Shown one piece after another: positions 41,201 to 50,361 of a stretch of DNA of 56,919 nt. The notes under the pieces are model-generated. The model was not told where the DNA came from. It searched no databases and was given only the letters and a program-made list of their open reading frames with translations. The number at the start of each line of letters is the position of its first letter. Positions within the stretch are counted from its first letter, which is position 1. Made by a program: the position numbers and the translations under genes. The stretch comes from Spirochaetaceae bacterium (lineage in GTDB: Bacteria > Spirochaetota > Spirochaetia > DSM-27196 > SLAA01). The DNA lies in contig PWQX01000264.1 of NCBI GenBank assembly GCA_003556605.1, forward strand, positions 1-56,919. Reading direction: 5' to 3'.

Positions 41201-42112
41201 AGCATCGTTGCGGCGGCCTTGGACGCGGCCTGGCAAGGGTTTGAGCACGAGCCGGAGGATCGGCTGCGGTTCTGTTTATTGGCATTCGGCAAGCTCGGGG
41301 GACGTGAATTGAATTACAGCTCAGACATAGACCTGCTTGCGATCTTCGACCCGCGACAGTCGCCTCCATCCGAGCGCGAGAACACGCTGTACGCGCGGGT
41401 AATGCGGCGCTTGCGCTCGGACCTGTCTGACCATACCGAAAACGGCTACCTCTATCGGGTAGACCTGAGGTTGCGCCCGTTCGGAAGCTCAGGTCAGATT
41501 GTGCATTCGTTACCCGCGATGGTGAGATACTACAACGGGTCTGCAAGCTACTGGGAGTATCAGGCGCTGTTGAAGCTTACGCCGCTGGCCGGGAATCTCC
41601 ACGTCGGCGACCGGTTCTTGCAAGCGGTGCGGCCGGCGCTGCTGTCCGCCGGGGCCCGTACTGAGTCGGCCCGAGAGTCGGTGTTGGCGTTGCGGCGTGC
41701 CGCAGTTGCGCGCAGCTCGCCCGATGATGTGAAATCCGGCGAAGGTGGCATCCGCGACATCGAGTTTCTCGTGCAGGCGCTGCAGCTCATGCATGCTCGT
41801 CGCGCGCCGGAGCTCCTGAGCCCAAACACACTTACAGCGCTTGCCGAGCTTGAAAAACACGCGGTCCTTGACGCCGAACGCTGCCGGGTGCTTCAAGCCG
41901 ACTACCTGTGGCTGAGGCGCCTAGAGCATTATCTACAGATACTTGAAGATAGGCAGGTTCACAGCATCCCGAAGGATCCGGCGGGAAAGCTAACCCTCGC
42001 TCGCCGCCTGTTGGGCAATTCCTCCGATGAAACCGCGCTGCTGGAACAGCTGCATACTGTTCGCTCGCGAGTGCGCGATACGTTCAACCAAGTCTTGCAG
42101 AACGCTTCTTAG
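38252..42112 (+). CDS. glnE: Glutamine synthetase adenylyltransferase/deadenylylase with N-terminal tandem ACT domains
   Basis: Two GKLGG..L.Y.SD motifs, two VDLRLRP motifs and two K...GG..D.E..VQ motifs; the N-terminal ~320 aa resemble GlnD C-terminal ACT domains. Start at ATG 38252 or 38264. Confidence 0.92.
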   Translation: MNTDMERFIDVPTVEQLRPYCPALSEEELEAFLRAFPERFYTRTPAAQIGHYASRLAELRPDNPYVLEIQELADERVTVTFYSYDYPGEFSLLAGMLAACGFNIESGTISTSKPPELDREPGAARVKHKPGSALRGEARHGSRPRGRIDKRLTARQFRRVLAGDSPRRTIIDTFTGRINAEQGPDWSQHFTEYVDSVMPLLTQNTQEAFDEAKRLVNEYVAAALSRTAISSEALLYPVDVQLGQAEEGYTRLTVISTDTPFFLYALSTAFALHALSIEQVEIRTHGEQIEDIFDLLDANGQPIRDEEMLQQVKFSAVFTKQFTYFLDRAPDPYTALLRFETLLQNVRPMADTISETKLLSDPKVLKDLARLLGASDFLWEDFIRLQYETLVPVLTRARQDRLVSTPPEELAQRLHELLDDADSPEAERRVLNEFKDQETYLIDLDHILHPELDFFFLSSRLTTLAETVVRTAVELASRELAARYGVPRTAAGLRAPYAILGLGKLGGQALGYASDIELMFVYSDDGETDGAEAITNREFFERLFSDAVSMIDAKREGIFQVDLRLRPHGSAGPLAVSIASFIRYYSNDASSLEKLALVRLRPIGGDDPLGAQIERLRDELLYGADSIDRAELKRLRAIQLKDKGAANRPNAKFSPGGLVDLEYSVQILQIVHGRSNVALRTPGIHQALRGLADSGAIEPEEAQQLVQAYRFLRTAINGLRMLRGNAQDLFLPALDSMEYIHLARRAGYQGKGELTPAAQLHLEFETTTALVRAFVERELGRDAIPHDGVAGLADLVLADSNHAATRLDVLERLSFRNPERALGNLRRLAGARDQAYLFAELAVLAADLLPRTPDPDMALNNWEQFVRQLDDREAHYRGLLLQPKRFEIMLLIFAGSQFLADTLSTNPQFLEWVTTPKIVSSVRRREHLAEELRRLRGAQPERDAWLAELRDFRKREILRIGTRDICLRVDQTEIFTELTNLAVSIVAAALDAAWQGFEHEPEDRLRFCLLAFGKLGGRELNYSSDIDLLAIFDPRQSPPSERENTLYARVMRRLRSDLSDHTENGYLYRVDLRLRPFGSSGQIVHSLPAMVRYYNGSASYWEYQALLKLTPLAGNLHVGDRFLQAVRPALLSAGARTESARESVLALRRAAVARSSPDDVKSGEGGIRDIEFLVQALQLMHARRAPELLSPNTLTALAELEKHAVLDAERCRVLQADYLWLRRLEHYLQILEDRQVHSIPKDPAGKLTLARRLLGNSSDETALLEQLHTVRSRVRDTFNQVLQNAS

Positions 42113-42115
42113 CCT

Positions 42116-42601
42116 TCATTCCGTCCCGCCCGGTGTATCGCGATTCGATTGCCGGCCGTCAGTGTCAATAGCGTGGTCGTTGCGCGGCTGTTCACCGAGC
42201 TGGCGCGAAAAGCGATGGCGGCGCTCGTGCTCGGCACGCGCTTGGATTTCGGGGAACTCGTAGCTCATCATCCCACGGTCATCTACCTCCATACGAACGC
42301 GCGCGTTATCCACAAGGCTCTGCAGCAACTCTTCGGATTCATCGACACTCAGCCCGGTCTCAATCACGACATCCGAGACGGTAACACGCCCTCCGAGGCG
42401 GTAAGCTAGCTTAAACACCCGCGACTGCAGGACCGCCGGGTGATATAGCGCAGGGTCGTGATGGCCTCTATACAGGGGTTCACCGTCAAGGTACGGGCTG
42501 CGATCCGGACGCTGTTGCACCGAATAGAAGAGACTCATCCCCGCGCGGACCGCCAGGACCGTGAGCAGCAGAGGAAATAAGAATAGAAATGGACCAAACA
42601 T
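42116..42601 (-). CDS. Hypothetical membrane-anchored protein with winged-helix-like domain
   Basis: N-terminal TM; GGRVTVSDVVIETGLSVDESEELLQSLV...GMMSYEFPE. Confidence 0.7.
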   Translation of the reverse strand: MFGPFLFLFPLLLTVLAVRAGMSLFYSVQQRPDRSPYLDGEPLYRGHHDPALYHPAVLQSRVFKLAYRLGGRVTVSDVVIETGLSVDESEELLQSLVDNARVRMEVDDRGMMSYEFPEIQARAEHERRHRFSRQLGEQPRNDHAIDTDGRQSNRDTPGGTE

Positions 42602-42732
42602 GTACACGCGCTCCACCCCCAACACCAAAAGTATACTACGACCCTGGAATGAAATCAAAACCCTCTTGAGCTGTAGCGTATGGTATCGTTTCTGCAGCCA
42701 TTCGAGTCCCGGCGGGCCTGCCGGTGTCGCTT

Positions 42733-44166
42733 TCAGGGCTCATGAGGCCGGGTTATTGGGGGATCCCCGGCCGACAACGCTTCCCGAAACCGTGAGTACA
42801 GGCGACGATAGGTGTGGTAACCGGTAGTGTAAAGGCCGTGCACCTCATTCGACGGCTCGTAGCGTTGTTTTAGCGTAACCAGCTGCTCGGAGGCCTCAGT
42901 GACCGAGCCGAACTCACCGAGACCGGTGAGCGCAGCGCAAGCGTCACCCACCAGCTCGGCGTCTTCAACACGGGGAACTTCAATCGGCACCCCAACGATA
43001 TCACTCTTCATCTGGTTCCAGACGGCGTTTTTCGCTTGGCCGCCGCACGCCGTCAAGCTCCGGACCTCGCACCCATGCTCGCGTAGAATTTCAACCGCTT
43101 CGCGCACCGCAAACCCGATTGAATCCACCACCGCGCGGCCCATTTCGGCAGTTCCATGCTGCGCGCCGAGCTCAATAAACATACCCCGACTGAACTCCCA
43201 GGCGGCCCCCTGGTGGATTGACGGAAAGAACCACGGCTTCTGCGTGCGATGCGCCACACGCTTGATTTCGTTGAGCATCTGATCGTATGGGAGTCCCTCC
43301 TGTCCTGAGATACGTCGAAACCATTCGAATAGCCGGCCGGTTGAGGAAAGAATGCCGGCAACATTGTAGAATCCGGGAACCACATGCGGCAGACAGCGGA
43401 TTTGCGCGGTTGTTACCGGGGTTTCCGAACAATGATTTATGCCTTCCGAGGTCCCGGCGCGATCGCAGGTACGTCCCGGTACAATCGTCTTGGTCCCCAA
43501 CAGGCTGATCAGAAAATCATGTCCGGCGGCGCACACCGGCACACCCACGCGCAGCCCGAGGTACCCGGACGCCCTGGAGCTCACCCGGCCGATGCGATCA
43601 CCGATGCCGATGAAGGGCGGGAAGAGCTCAGGATCAAGATCGGCCGACCGCAGTTGTTCCGGCGTCCAAATGTAGCGGGAAAACTCTTCGCTCTGGCTGA
43701 TCGTCACCGCCTCGCCGGTAAGAAAGAATGAAACGAACTCGGGGCACGACAAAAAGTAGCGCGTACTTTCGAACAGTCTTGGATGCGCGCTTCGAAACCA
43801 CGCCACCTTCGGCAAAAAATAGGACTCACCGGCAACCGGCTCGCTCTCGTGCGTCTCCAACCACATTAATGCGTGTGACAGCGGTTCGCCGTCATGATCG
43901 AGCGGAATCACGGTTGGGCCGTGTCCGCTGACCGCGACCGCACTCAGCGTCTCTAAGAGTGTACGGGGCATACGGTCGAGCATGATTTGCAGCACGCGAA
44001 CCCAGGTCTTCGGATACCAGCGCGTGCTGTCGTGTTGATGTGCGAGAATGCGCTCGCGATCCCACCACAGCAACTCACCGCTGGTATCAACGCAGCCCAG
44101 CTTAACCGAGGTAGTGCCGACATCAACGCTCAAAACAAAGGTTTTTTTAGGCCGATGATTGCTCAA
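42733..44166 (-). CDS. FGGY-family carbohydrate kinase (xylulokinase-like)
   Basis: SVDVGTTSVK, AGHD, AGTS, CGGQAKN..WNQMKSDI. TTGACC-17-TAGCGT promoter overlaps the track start 44229, so TTG 44166 is preferred. Confidence 0.88.
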   Translation of the reverse strand: MSNHRPKKTFVLSVDVGTTSVKLGCVDTSGELLWWDRERILAHQHDSTRWYPKTWVRVLQIMLDRMPRTLLETLSAVAVSGHGPTVIPLDHDGEPLSHALMWLETHESEPVAGESYFLPKVAWFRSAHPRLFESTRYFLSCPEFVSFFLTGEAVTISQSEEFSRYIWTPEQLRSADLDPELFPPFIGIGDRIGRVSSRASGYLGLRVGVPVCAAGHDFLISLLGTKTIVPGRTCDRAGTSEGINHCSETPVTTAQIRCLPHVVPGFYNVAGILSSTGRLFEWFRRISGQEGLPYDQMLNEIKRVAHRTQKPWFFPSIHQGAAWEFSRGMFIELGAQHGTAEMGRAVVDSIGFAVREAVEILREHGCEVRSLTACGGQAKNAVWNQMKSDIVGVPIEVPRVEDAELVGDACAALTGLGEFGSVTEASEQLVTLKQRYEPSNEVHGLYTTGYHTYRRLYSRFREALSAGDPPITRPHEP

Positions 44167-44321
44167 GATCGATTCCGCTACGCCGTGGGTATAGAGCTCA
44201 TGCCGCGAGCGTGCGTGCAACGCTATCATAAGCGGTTACACCGGTCAAGATTGAACAAGCGGGAGGCTTAGGTGTAGGATATGAATGCACCACGCGTTAT
44301 ACCGCACTTGGAGGCATTATT

Positions 44322-45371
44322 GTGGACACGCACCGACTTGTGCGAACCGTATATGGGATTACTATCTTGGCCGCCGCTGTGCTTCTTGCAGCAACAGCTT
44401 GTGCCCCGGATGAAGAGCGGACCGTGAGTTTCTCGATCGCCGTATTCGTGCCCGGTGTAGTTGAAGGCAGCCCCACCTATGAAATGCTCGTAGAAGGGGT
44501 GAAACGCGCGGCAGAGGAGCGCGACGAAGTTGCGGTTCGTGTCATTGAGGGCGGCTTCAATCAGGCCGAATGGGGCGAAGGGCTTACCTCGCTCAGCGCA
44601 ACCGGCGAGTACGATTTGATCGTGAGCTCAAACCCTTCCCTGCCGGAGATCGCCGCCGAGGTGGCCGAGAGCTTTCCGGCGCAACGGTTCTTAATACTCG
44701 ACGGCTACGGTGACAATCACGAAAGCATGGCGACAGTGCAGTTTAACCAGCGCGAGCAGGCGTTTCTGAACGGTTACTTCGCAGGACTCGTCACCACGCA
44801 CGACGGATTAAAGCACACCCGCGACGAGCTGCGTATCGGGCTTCTCGCCGGGCAAGAGTATCCAATCATGAACGAGGTAATCGTGCCCGCGTTCACATTA
44901 GGGGCGCAAACAATAGACCCTGACATTGAAGTTGATTTCCGTGTTCTCGGCAACTGGTACGACGCCGGGACCGCGAACGAGCTCGCGGGCAGCATGATCG
45001 GCCGCGGCGCCGACGTAATCCTCACGATAGCCGGGGGCGGCAATCAAGGCGTGATAGCCGCCGCCAAGGAGCGCGGCGGCTACGTATTATGGTTCGACTC
45101 CTCTGGCTACGACCAAGAACCCGGTGTAGTGCTCGGCAGCTCGATTATTCGCCTCGACACCATCGCTTACGAGCGCACGCTGCAGGCGATTGACGGAGAT
45201 TTATCGTTCGGGGTCTCGGAAGTGGTGGGGGTCCGCGAAGGCTACGTAGATTTCGACACCGAGGACTCATTGTACCAGCGGCATGTCCCGACCGACATTC
45301 GCGCCGAGATTGGCAAAATCCTTGAACGCCTTCGAAGCGGCGATCTAGAACTCGAAATGCCGCGACTGTAA
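44322..45371 (+). CDS. BMP-family ABC transporter substrate-binding lipoprotein
   Basis: Lipobox-like ATAC, F.QREQAFLNGYFAG, GNWYDA, GADVI. Confidence 0.88.
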   Translation: MDTHRLVRTVYGITILAAAVLLAATACAPDEERTVSFSIAVFVPGVVEGSPTYEMLVEGVKRAAEERDEVAVRVIEGGFNQAEWGEGLTSLSATGEYDLIVSSNPSLPEIAAEVAESFPAQRFLILDGYGDNHESMATVQFNQREQAFLNGYFAGLVTTHDGLKHTRDELRIGLLAGQEYPIMNEVIVPAFTLGAQTIDPDIEVDFRVLGNWYDAGTANELAGSMIGRGADVILTIAGGGNQGVIAAAKERGGYVLWFDSSGYDQEPGVVLGSSIIRLDTIAYERTLQAIDGDLSFGVSEVVGVREGYVDFDTEDSLYQRHVPTDIRAEIGKILERLRSGDLELEMPRL

Positions 45372-45379
45372 CGGTAAAC

Positions 45380-46978
45380 GTGACCGCGAAAGCTTCGGAA
45401 CCGCCGATTGTAGAGCTCACAAACATCACCAAATGCTTTCCCGAGAATAACGTCTGGGCGAATCGTGAGGTGAGTTTCGCGATTCGTGCCGGTGAGATCC
45501 ACGCGTTAGTCGGTGAGAACGGCGCCGGCAAGTCCACGACAATGCACATCCTCTCCGGTGCGCTTGTGCCCGACTCAGGCAGTATTCGAGTTCGCGGGGT
45601 CAACACGCGTTTTGAACATCCGCGCGATGCGATCGAGGCCGGTATCTTCATGATACACCAGCATCCGCAATTCGTGCGCGAGTTGCGAGTTTGGGAGAAT
45701 CTCATGCTCGGAATCGAGCCGCGAGGATCGTTTGGGCTGATCAATCGTGGCGAAGCGGTTGACCGCATAACCGAGCTCGCCACCCGCTACCGCATGCCGA
45801 TTAACCCCAAGCACCAAGTTGAGCTTCTCGCCTCGAGCCAACTGCACCTCGCCGCAATCCTCGGCGCGCTTCTGCGCGACCCACAGGTCTTGATTCTTGA
45901 CGAGCCGACCGCGCCGTGCAGTGATCACGAGGTTGAGCTGCTGTTCGGTCTCCTGCGCAGTCTCGCCGCCCAAGGCCGCGCCTTGGTTTTGATCACGCAC
46001 AAACTGCGTGAGGTTTTTGCGATTGCCGACCGGGTAACCGTAATGCGCCACGGCGCCGCAGTGGCCGAGCGTCTGATCGAAGACACCACTATCGAGGACC
46101 TCTCAAACCTGATGATCGGCGAGGATGCTCAGACAGACGGCGAAGACCTGCCGCCTACCGCTGCCGAAAGCCGTGAGTCCGGCTCCGAGACAATTGAGGC
46201 CGAACGCTCACCGCTTTTCGCCCTACAGAACGTCTCGTTGTATGAAGGGCATTTTCCGCTGCTGCGTGACGTATCGCTTACAGTGCGTGCCGGCTCCATC
46301 GTGGGTATCACCGGAATCCGGGAAAACGGGCTCGAGTACCTTGAAGAGGTGATCTCCGGGTCTGCGATCCCTGATTCAGGGGAGATCATAATCGGCGATA
46401 AGCACATCAGTGATTTCTCACCGCGGCGCTTTCGCCAGCACGGCATCGCCTATGTTCCTACCGACCGCTTGATCCGCGGCGCCAGTATGGACTCAAGCGT
46501 ACAAGACAATCTCATTCTCCTGAGACGCAAACGCCTACAGCGTGGCGGGGTGTTTGACCGCAAGAGCCTGGACGGCTTTTTGGGCGAGCTGAAGCATCAG
46601 TTTCGGATCACCGCATCACTGCAGCAGCCCTTGCGCAGACTCTCGGGCGGTAACATCCAAAAGGTCATTCTCTCACGCGAGCTCTCAACCGGAGCGCAGG
46701 TGGTGATTTTCTCGGAGCCGAGCTGGGGACTGGATTTTCGCAGCAAGCAGTTCGTGTACCGCGAGATCCGGCGCCTGCGCGAAGGCGGCACCGCAATCAT
46801 TTTGATTTCAGCCGACATCGACGAGATCCTCGGTCTCAGTGACGAAATCGCAGTGATGTTTAAGGGCAGCATTGCAGCCGTGCTGCGCGGCGACGCTCGC
46901 ACCCGCGACAAGGTCGCCGAATACATGCTCGGACTTGAACATAAACTCGCCGATCCGCTCGAGGAAGCGCCGGTATGA
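45380..46978 (+). CDS. ABC transporter ATPase, tandem-domain nucleoside/sugar (CUT2) type
   Basis: GENGAGKST, LILDEPT, LSGGNIQK. Confidence 0.95.
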   Translation: MTAKASEPPIVELTNITKCFPENNVWANREVSFAIRAGEIHALVGENGAGKSTTMHILSGALVPDSGSIRVRGVNTRFEHPRDAIEAGIFMIHQHPQFVRELRVWENLMLGIEPRGSFGLINRGEAVDRITELATRYRMPINPKHQVELLASSQLHLAAILGALLRDPQVLILDEPTAPCSDHEVELLFGLLRSLAAQGRALVLITHKLREVFAIADRVTVMRHGAAVAERLIEDTTIEDLSNLMIGEDAQTDGEDLPPTAAESRESGSETIEAERSPLFALQNVSLYEGHFPLLRDVSLTVRAGSIVGITGIRENGLEYLEEVISGSAIPDSGEIIIGDKHISDFSPRRFRQHGIAYVPTDRLIRGASMDSSVQDNLILLRRKRLQRGGVFDRKSLDGFLGELKHQFRITASLQQPLRRLSGGNIQKVILSRELSTGAQVVIFSEPSWGLDFRSKQFVYREIRRLREGGTAIILISADIDEILGLSDEIAVMFKGSIAAVLRGDARTRDKVAEYMLGLEHKLADPLEEAPV

Positions 46979-48024
46979 ACAGAACGAGCCCACGCGGCAG
47001 CGTCCCCGCTATCGCTCTTGCGTTGGCCGCCGCAGTGGCCGTGACCGTCGTGCTGCTGATCGCCGGCAGCGACACTCCGGTCGCCGCGATACGAGCGTTC
47101 TTTTTCGGTCCGTTCAGCAACACCTACTACTTTGGAAACATGATCAACGGGGTCACCGTACTGGTACTCACCGGGCTTGGGGCTTCGCTTGCGTTTCGCG
47201 CCGGCGTATTCAACCTCGGCGGCGAGGGACAAGTATACACCGCTGCGGTTGTAACTGCAGTGGCTGCGAACGCCGCACCCCAACTCTCGGCCGCCGGTGG
47301 AATTGCGTTTGCGCTCACCGCCGGGGTGGTTGCCGCGGGAATCATGGCGGGGCTCTCGGGCCTGTTTCGGTTTCTCTGGGACACCGACGAGCTGATCACT
47401 TCGTTTCTGATCGCTTCGGCCTCTATCCCGATTATCGATTACATGATTGTCGGGCCCCTGAACGACCCGGCGAGCAATCTACTGACAACCCCGCGCGTGC
47501 CGGAGGCGTTTCGCCTGCTGCGCATTCTGCCGCCCTCGCGGCTGCACATTGGAATTCTGCTGGCATTGGCCGCAGCCGCGATCACGTTTTTCCTGCTTTT
47601 CTACACCGTCCGCGGGTACGAGTGGCGGCTGACCGGGCTGAACATTGCGTTCGCGCGCTACGGCGGAATCAACACCGGGATGTACATTCTGTTCCCGATG
47701 CTGATATCGGGCGCGCTGCACGGACTCGCCGGCGCGTTCCACGTGCTGGGCACGCATCACGCGGCTTTGGTCGGGTTCTCAGCCGGACTGGGGTGGAACG
47801 GGCTCGCGGTTGCCCTGATTGGGAGGAGTCACCCCTTGGGGGTAATCCCGGCCGCGCTGGTGTTCTCGTACTTGCAGGCCGGTTCGCGTACCGCGATTCT
47901 GCACACCGAGTTCACCTTTGAGCTGGCGACGATTATCCAGGCGGTGATCTTTTTCATTATCACCGCGCAGCATCTGCCTCGGATCTTACGGCGGCTGCGC
48001 TTGAAACGGGATGCGCGCGCATGA
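46975..48024 (+). CDS. ABC permease (nucleoside-type)
   Basis: AFRAGVFNLGGEGQ, GLGWNGLAVAL. Confidence 0.92.
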   Translation: MNRTSPRGSVPAIALALAAAVAVTVVLLIAGSDTPVAAIRAFFFGPFSNTYYFGNMINGVTVLVLTGLGASLAFRAGVFNLGGEGQVYTAAVVTAVAANAAPQLSAAGGIAFALTAGVVAAGIMAGLSGLFRFLWDTDELITSFLIASASIPIIDYMIVGPLNDPASNLLTTPRVPEAFRLLRILPPSRLHIGILLALAAAAITFFLLFYTVRGYEWRLTGLNIAFARYGGINTGMYILFPMLISGALHGLAGAFHVLGTHHAALVGFSAGLGWNGLAVALIGRSHPLGVIPAALVFSYLQAGSRTAILHTEFTFELATIIQAVIFFIITAQHLPRILRRLRLKRDARA

Positions 48025-48914
48025 TCGCAAACAGTCTCGGGATAATGGCCCCAATCTTGATCGCCGGTTTAGGCGGCCTGCTGTCCGAGCGCGCCGGCGT
48101 GCTGAATATATCGCTCGAAGGGTTAATGCTTACCGGTGCATTTGCCGCCATCGTAGTGACCGCCGCCACCGGCAGCGTGTTATTGGGCGTGCTCACCGCA
48201 GCTGTCGCCGGCGCGCTGCTCGCGCTGGTGTTCAGCATCATCAGCATAGATTTCGGCTCCAACATCTTCATTACCGGATTAGGCATCAACCTGTTGGCCG
48301 CAGGCGGGATTCCGTTTATCTCAAATCAGCTATTCGGCACCAAGGGCGTATTGCGATTCGCCGAGATGCCGGTGCTGCCGCGTCTGGATCTCACATTTGA
48401 GTTCCGCATCCCGCTCGTACACGATCTGTTGTTTGGACACCACGTAGGGGTATACCTCGGCATTGTGCTCACGGTGTTGGTGTGGGTGGCGTTGTACCGC
48501 AGCAGTTTCGGGCTTCGCGTGCGCGTGGTGGGCGTCAACCCCGAGACGCTGCGGCTGCGCGGCCTTTCGCCGGAGCGCTACAAGCGCATCGCTATTATTC
48601 TGTCGGGAATTGGGGCTGGTCTCGGCGGCGGGCTGCTGGCACTGCGCTTAGGCGTATACCTTCCGAACATTACCTCCGGCCGCGGCTGGATCGCCCTGGT
48701 GACCATTTACCTTGGCTACCGCCACCCGGGCGGCGTCTTGATCGCGGCCTTCGTGTTCGCGTTTGCCGAAACAGTCTCTATGGCTGCGCAAGGCGTAATC
48801 GCGTTACCCAATACTGTACTGTTGAGCCTTCCGTACGTGCTCACGGTGCTCGCAATGGTGATCTATTCGGCGGTACGGCACAGCAGCGCGCGCCGCGTAC
48901 GTTACCAAAGATAA
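48021..48914 (+). CDS. ABC permease (nucleoside-type)
   Basis: SERAGVLNISLEG, GRGWIAL, LPYVLT. Confidence 0.92.
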   Translation: MIANSLGIMAPILIAGLGGLLSERAGVLNISLEGLMLTGAFAAIVVTAATGSVLLGVLTAAVAGALLALVFSIISIDFGSNIFITGLGINLLAAGGIPFISNQLFGTKGVLRFAEMPVLPRLDLTFEFRIPLVHDLLFGHHVGVYLGIVLTVLVWVALYRSSFGLRVRVVGVNPETLRLRGLSPERYKRIAIILSGIGAGLGGGLLALRLGVYLPNITSGRGWIALVTIYLGYRHPGGVLIAAFVFAFAETVSMAAQGVIALPNTVLLSLPYVLTVLAMVIYSAVRHSSARRVRYQR

Positions 48915-48958
48915 CACACTGCGCGGCAGTCTGGAGTAACCGCACACGCGCGAGCTGA

Positions 48959-50335
48959 TCACGCAGGCGGCGCGTACAGCGGATAGGCCTGCCCAAGCAG
49001 GTTTTCGGCCACCGCCGCGAGCTCCCGCTCCTGCCCCGCTACCCAGCCGCTAAACGCCGCCAGCCGCGCGCGCGGCTCGTCAATCGCAAGATTTCCCGGA
49101 CTGCCCGGGGCGCTACGCGCTGCGATGACCTCCAGCGGCTCGCGCGCACCGGACGCTTCGGGGTTCTCGCCGACCTTGCGATAGGCATCGCGGAAGCTGT
49201 ACCCCGAGCGTACGTACTCGAGCGCAGCGTCGGTCGCGAACACCTCGGGGGTGAACGCCGCACGCAGCCGCTCGGGGTGTACCACTAACCGGTCTATCGT
49301 GAGTGTCATCACCCGCACGCAATCAAGCGCGGTTGCGGCGGCGGCGAGCAGTGGTTGCTTGGTTTCTTGAAAATCACGATTGTACCCCGAGGGTAATGAG
49401 CGCACCACGTTTTTCACCTGCGCCGCCCAGCCGGCGATCATACCCGACTTTGCCCGCACCAGCTCCAGCCCGTCGGGGTTGCGCTTTTGCGGCATGATGC
49501 TCGATCCCGAACACAGTTCCGGCGGTAAGCTGAAGTACCCAAACTCAGGCAACGCAAAAAGAATCAAATCGGTAGCGAGCTTGTTGAAAGTCAGTCCAAT
49601 TTGGTCGAGCAGCTCGAGCACCAAGCCCTCAACACGGCCCCGGGAGTTGTTGACGTACAGCACGTTGTTCTGCACGCGCGCAAACCCCAGAAGCTCGGCA
49701 ACGCGCCCGCGATCAAGCGGCAGCGGAACCCCGTAACTCGCGGCGGCCCCTAAGGGCGACTGGTCTACCAATGTATAGGTGCCCTGCAGCAACTGCAGCA
49801 GATCCACAAGCTCCTCGGCGTACGCCGCCATCCACAAGCCTACCGTGCTCGGCATCGCCGGCTGCATGTGGGTGCGGCCCACCATCGGCAGCTCGGCACT
49901 GTGCTCGGCACGTTCGAACAACAGCTCGGCGCACGCTGCGGCGCTCCCGCCGAGTGCCGTCAAATACGCTTTGAGGTACAGGCGCAGCGCAGTCACCACC
50001 TGGTCGTTGCGCGAGCGCCCTGTGTGAATCTTCTTCCCCGGCTCTCCCAGACGTGCAGTGAGCCGATTCTCGATCGCGGTGTGCCCGTCCTCGTCCTCGC
50101 GCGCGATCACAAAACGCCCCTCGGCCGCCTCCTCTGCAATCACGGCGAGCTCGCGCTCGAGTTGCACGCGCTCATCCGCCGAGATCAACCCCACCTCGGC
50201 GAGCATACGCGCGTGCGCCACGCTCGCCGCGCAGTCTGCCACCAGCAGCTGACGGTCAAGGAGGTAATCCTCGCCTACCGTAAAGCGCTCAATCAGCTCA
50301 TCGAGCTTGTACTGTTTCTGCCATAGCTTTGCCAC
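48959..50335 (-). CDS. argH: Argininosuccinate lyase
   Basis: HTGRSRNDQV, GRTHMQPA, GSSIMPQKRNPD, LPSGYNRDFQ. Confidence 0.97.
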   Translation of the reverse strand: MAKLWQKQYKLDELIERFTVGEDYLLDRQLLVADCAASVAHARMLAEVGLISADERVQLERELAVIAEEAAEGRFVIAREDEDGHTAIENRLTARLGEPGKKIHTGRSRNDQVVTALRLYLKAYLTALGGSAAACAELLFERAEHSAELPMVGRTHMQPAMPSTVGLWMAAYAEELVDLLQLLQGTYTLVDQSPLGAAASYGVPLPLDRGRVAELLGFARVQNNVLYVNNSRGRVEGLVLELLDQIGLTFNKLATDLILFALPEFGYFSLPPELCSGSSIMPQKRNPDGLELVRAKSGMIAGWAAQVKNVVRSLPSGYNRDFQETKQPLLAAAATALDCVRVMTLTIDRLVVHPERLRAAFTPEVFATDAALEYVRSGYSFRDAYRKVGENPEASGAREPLEVIAARSAPGSPGNLAIDEPRARLAAFSGWVAGQERELAAVAENLLGQAYPLYAPPA

Positions 50336-50361
50336 CGCCGTTCCCCTTTCGCGCGCCAGTA

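Noticed and set aside
46872-47921. 349-aa ORF overlapping the ABC permease in another frame
   Set aside because: Arg-rich alternative-frame artefact; the permease frame has all family motifs
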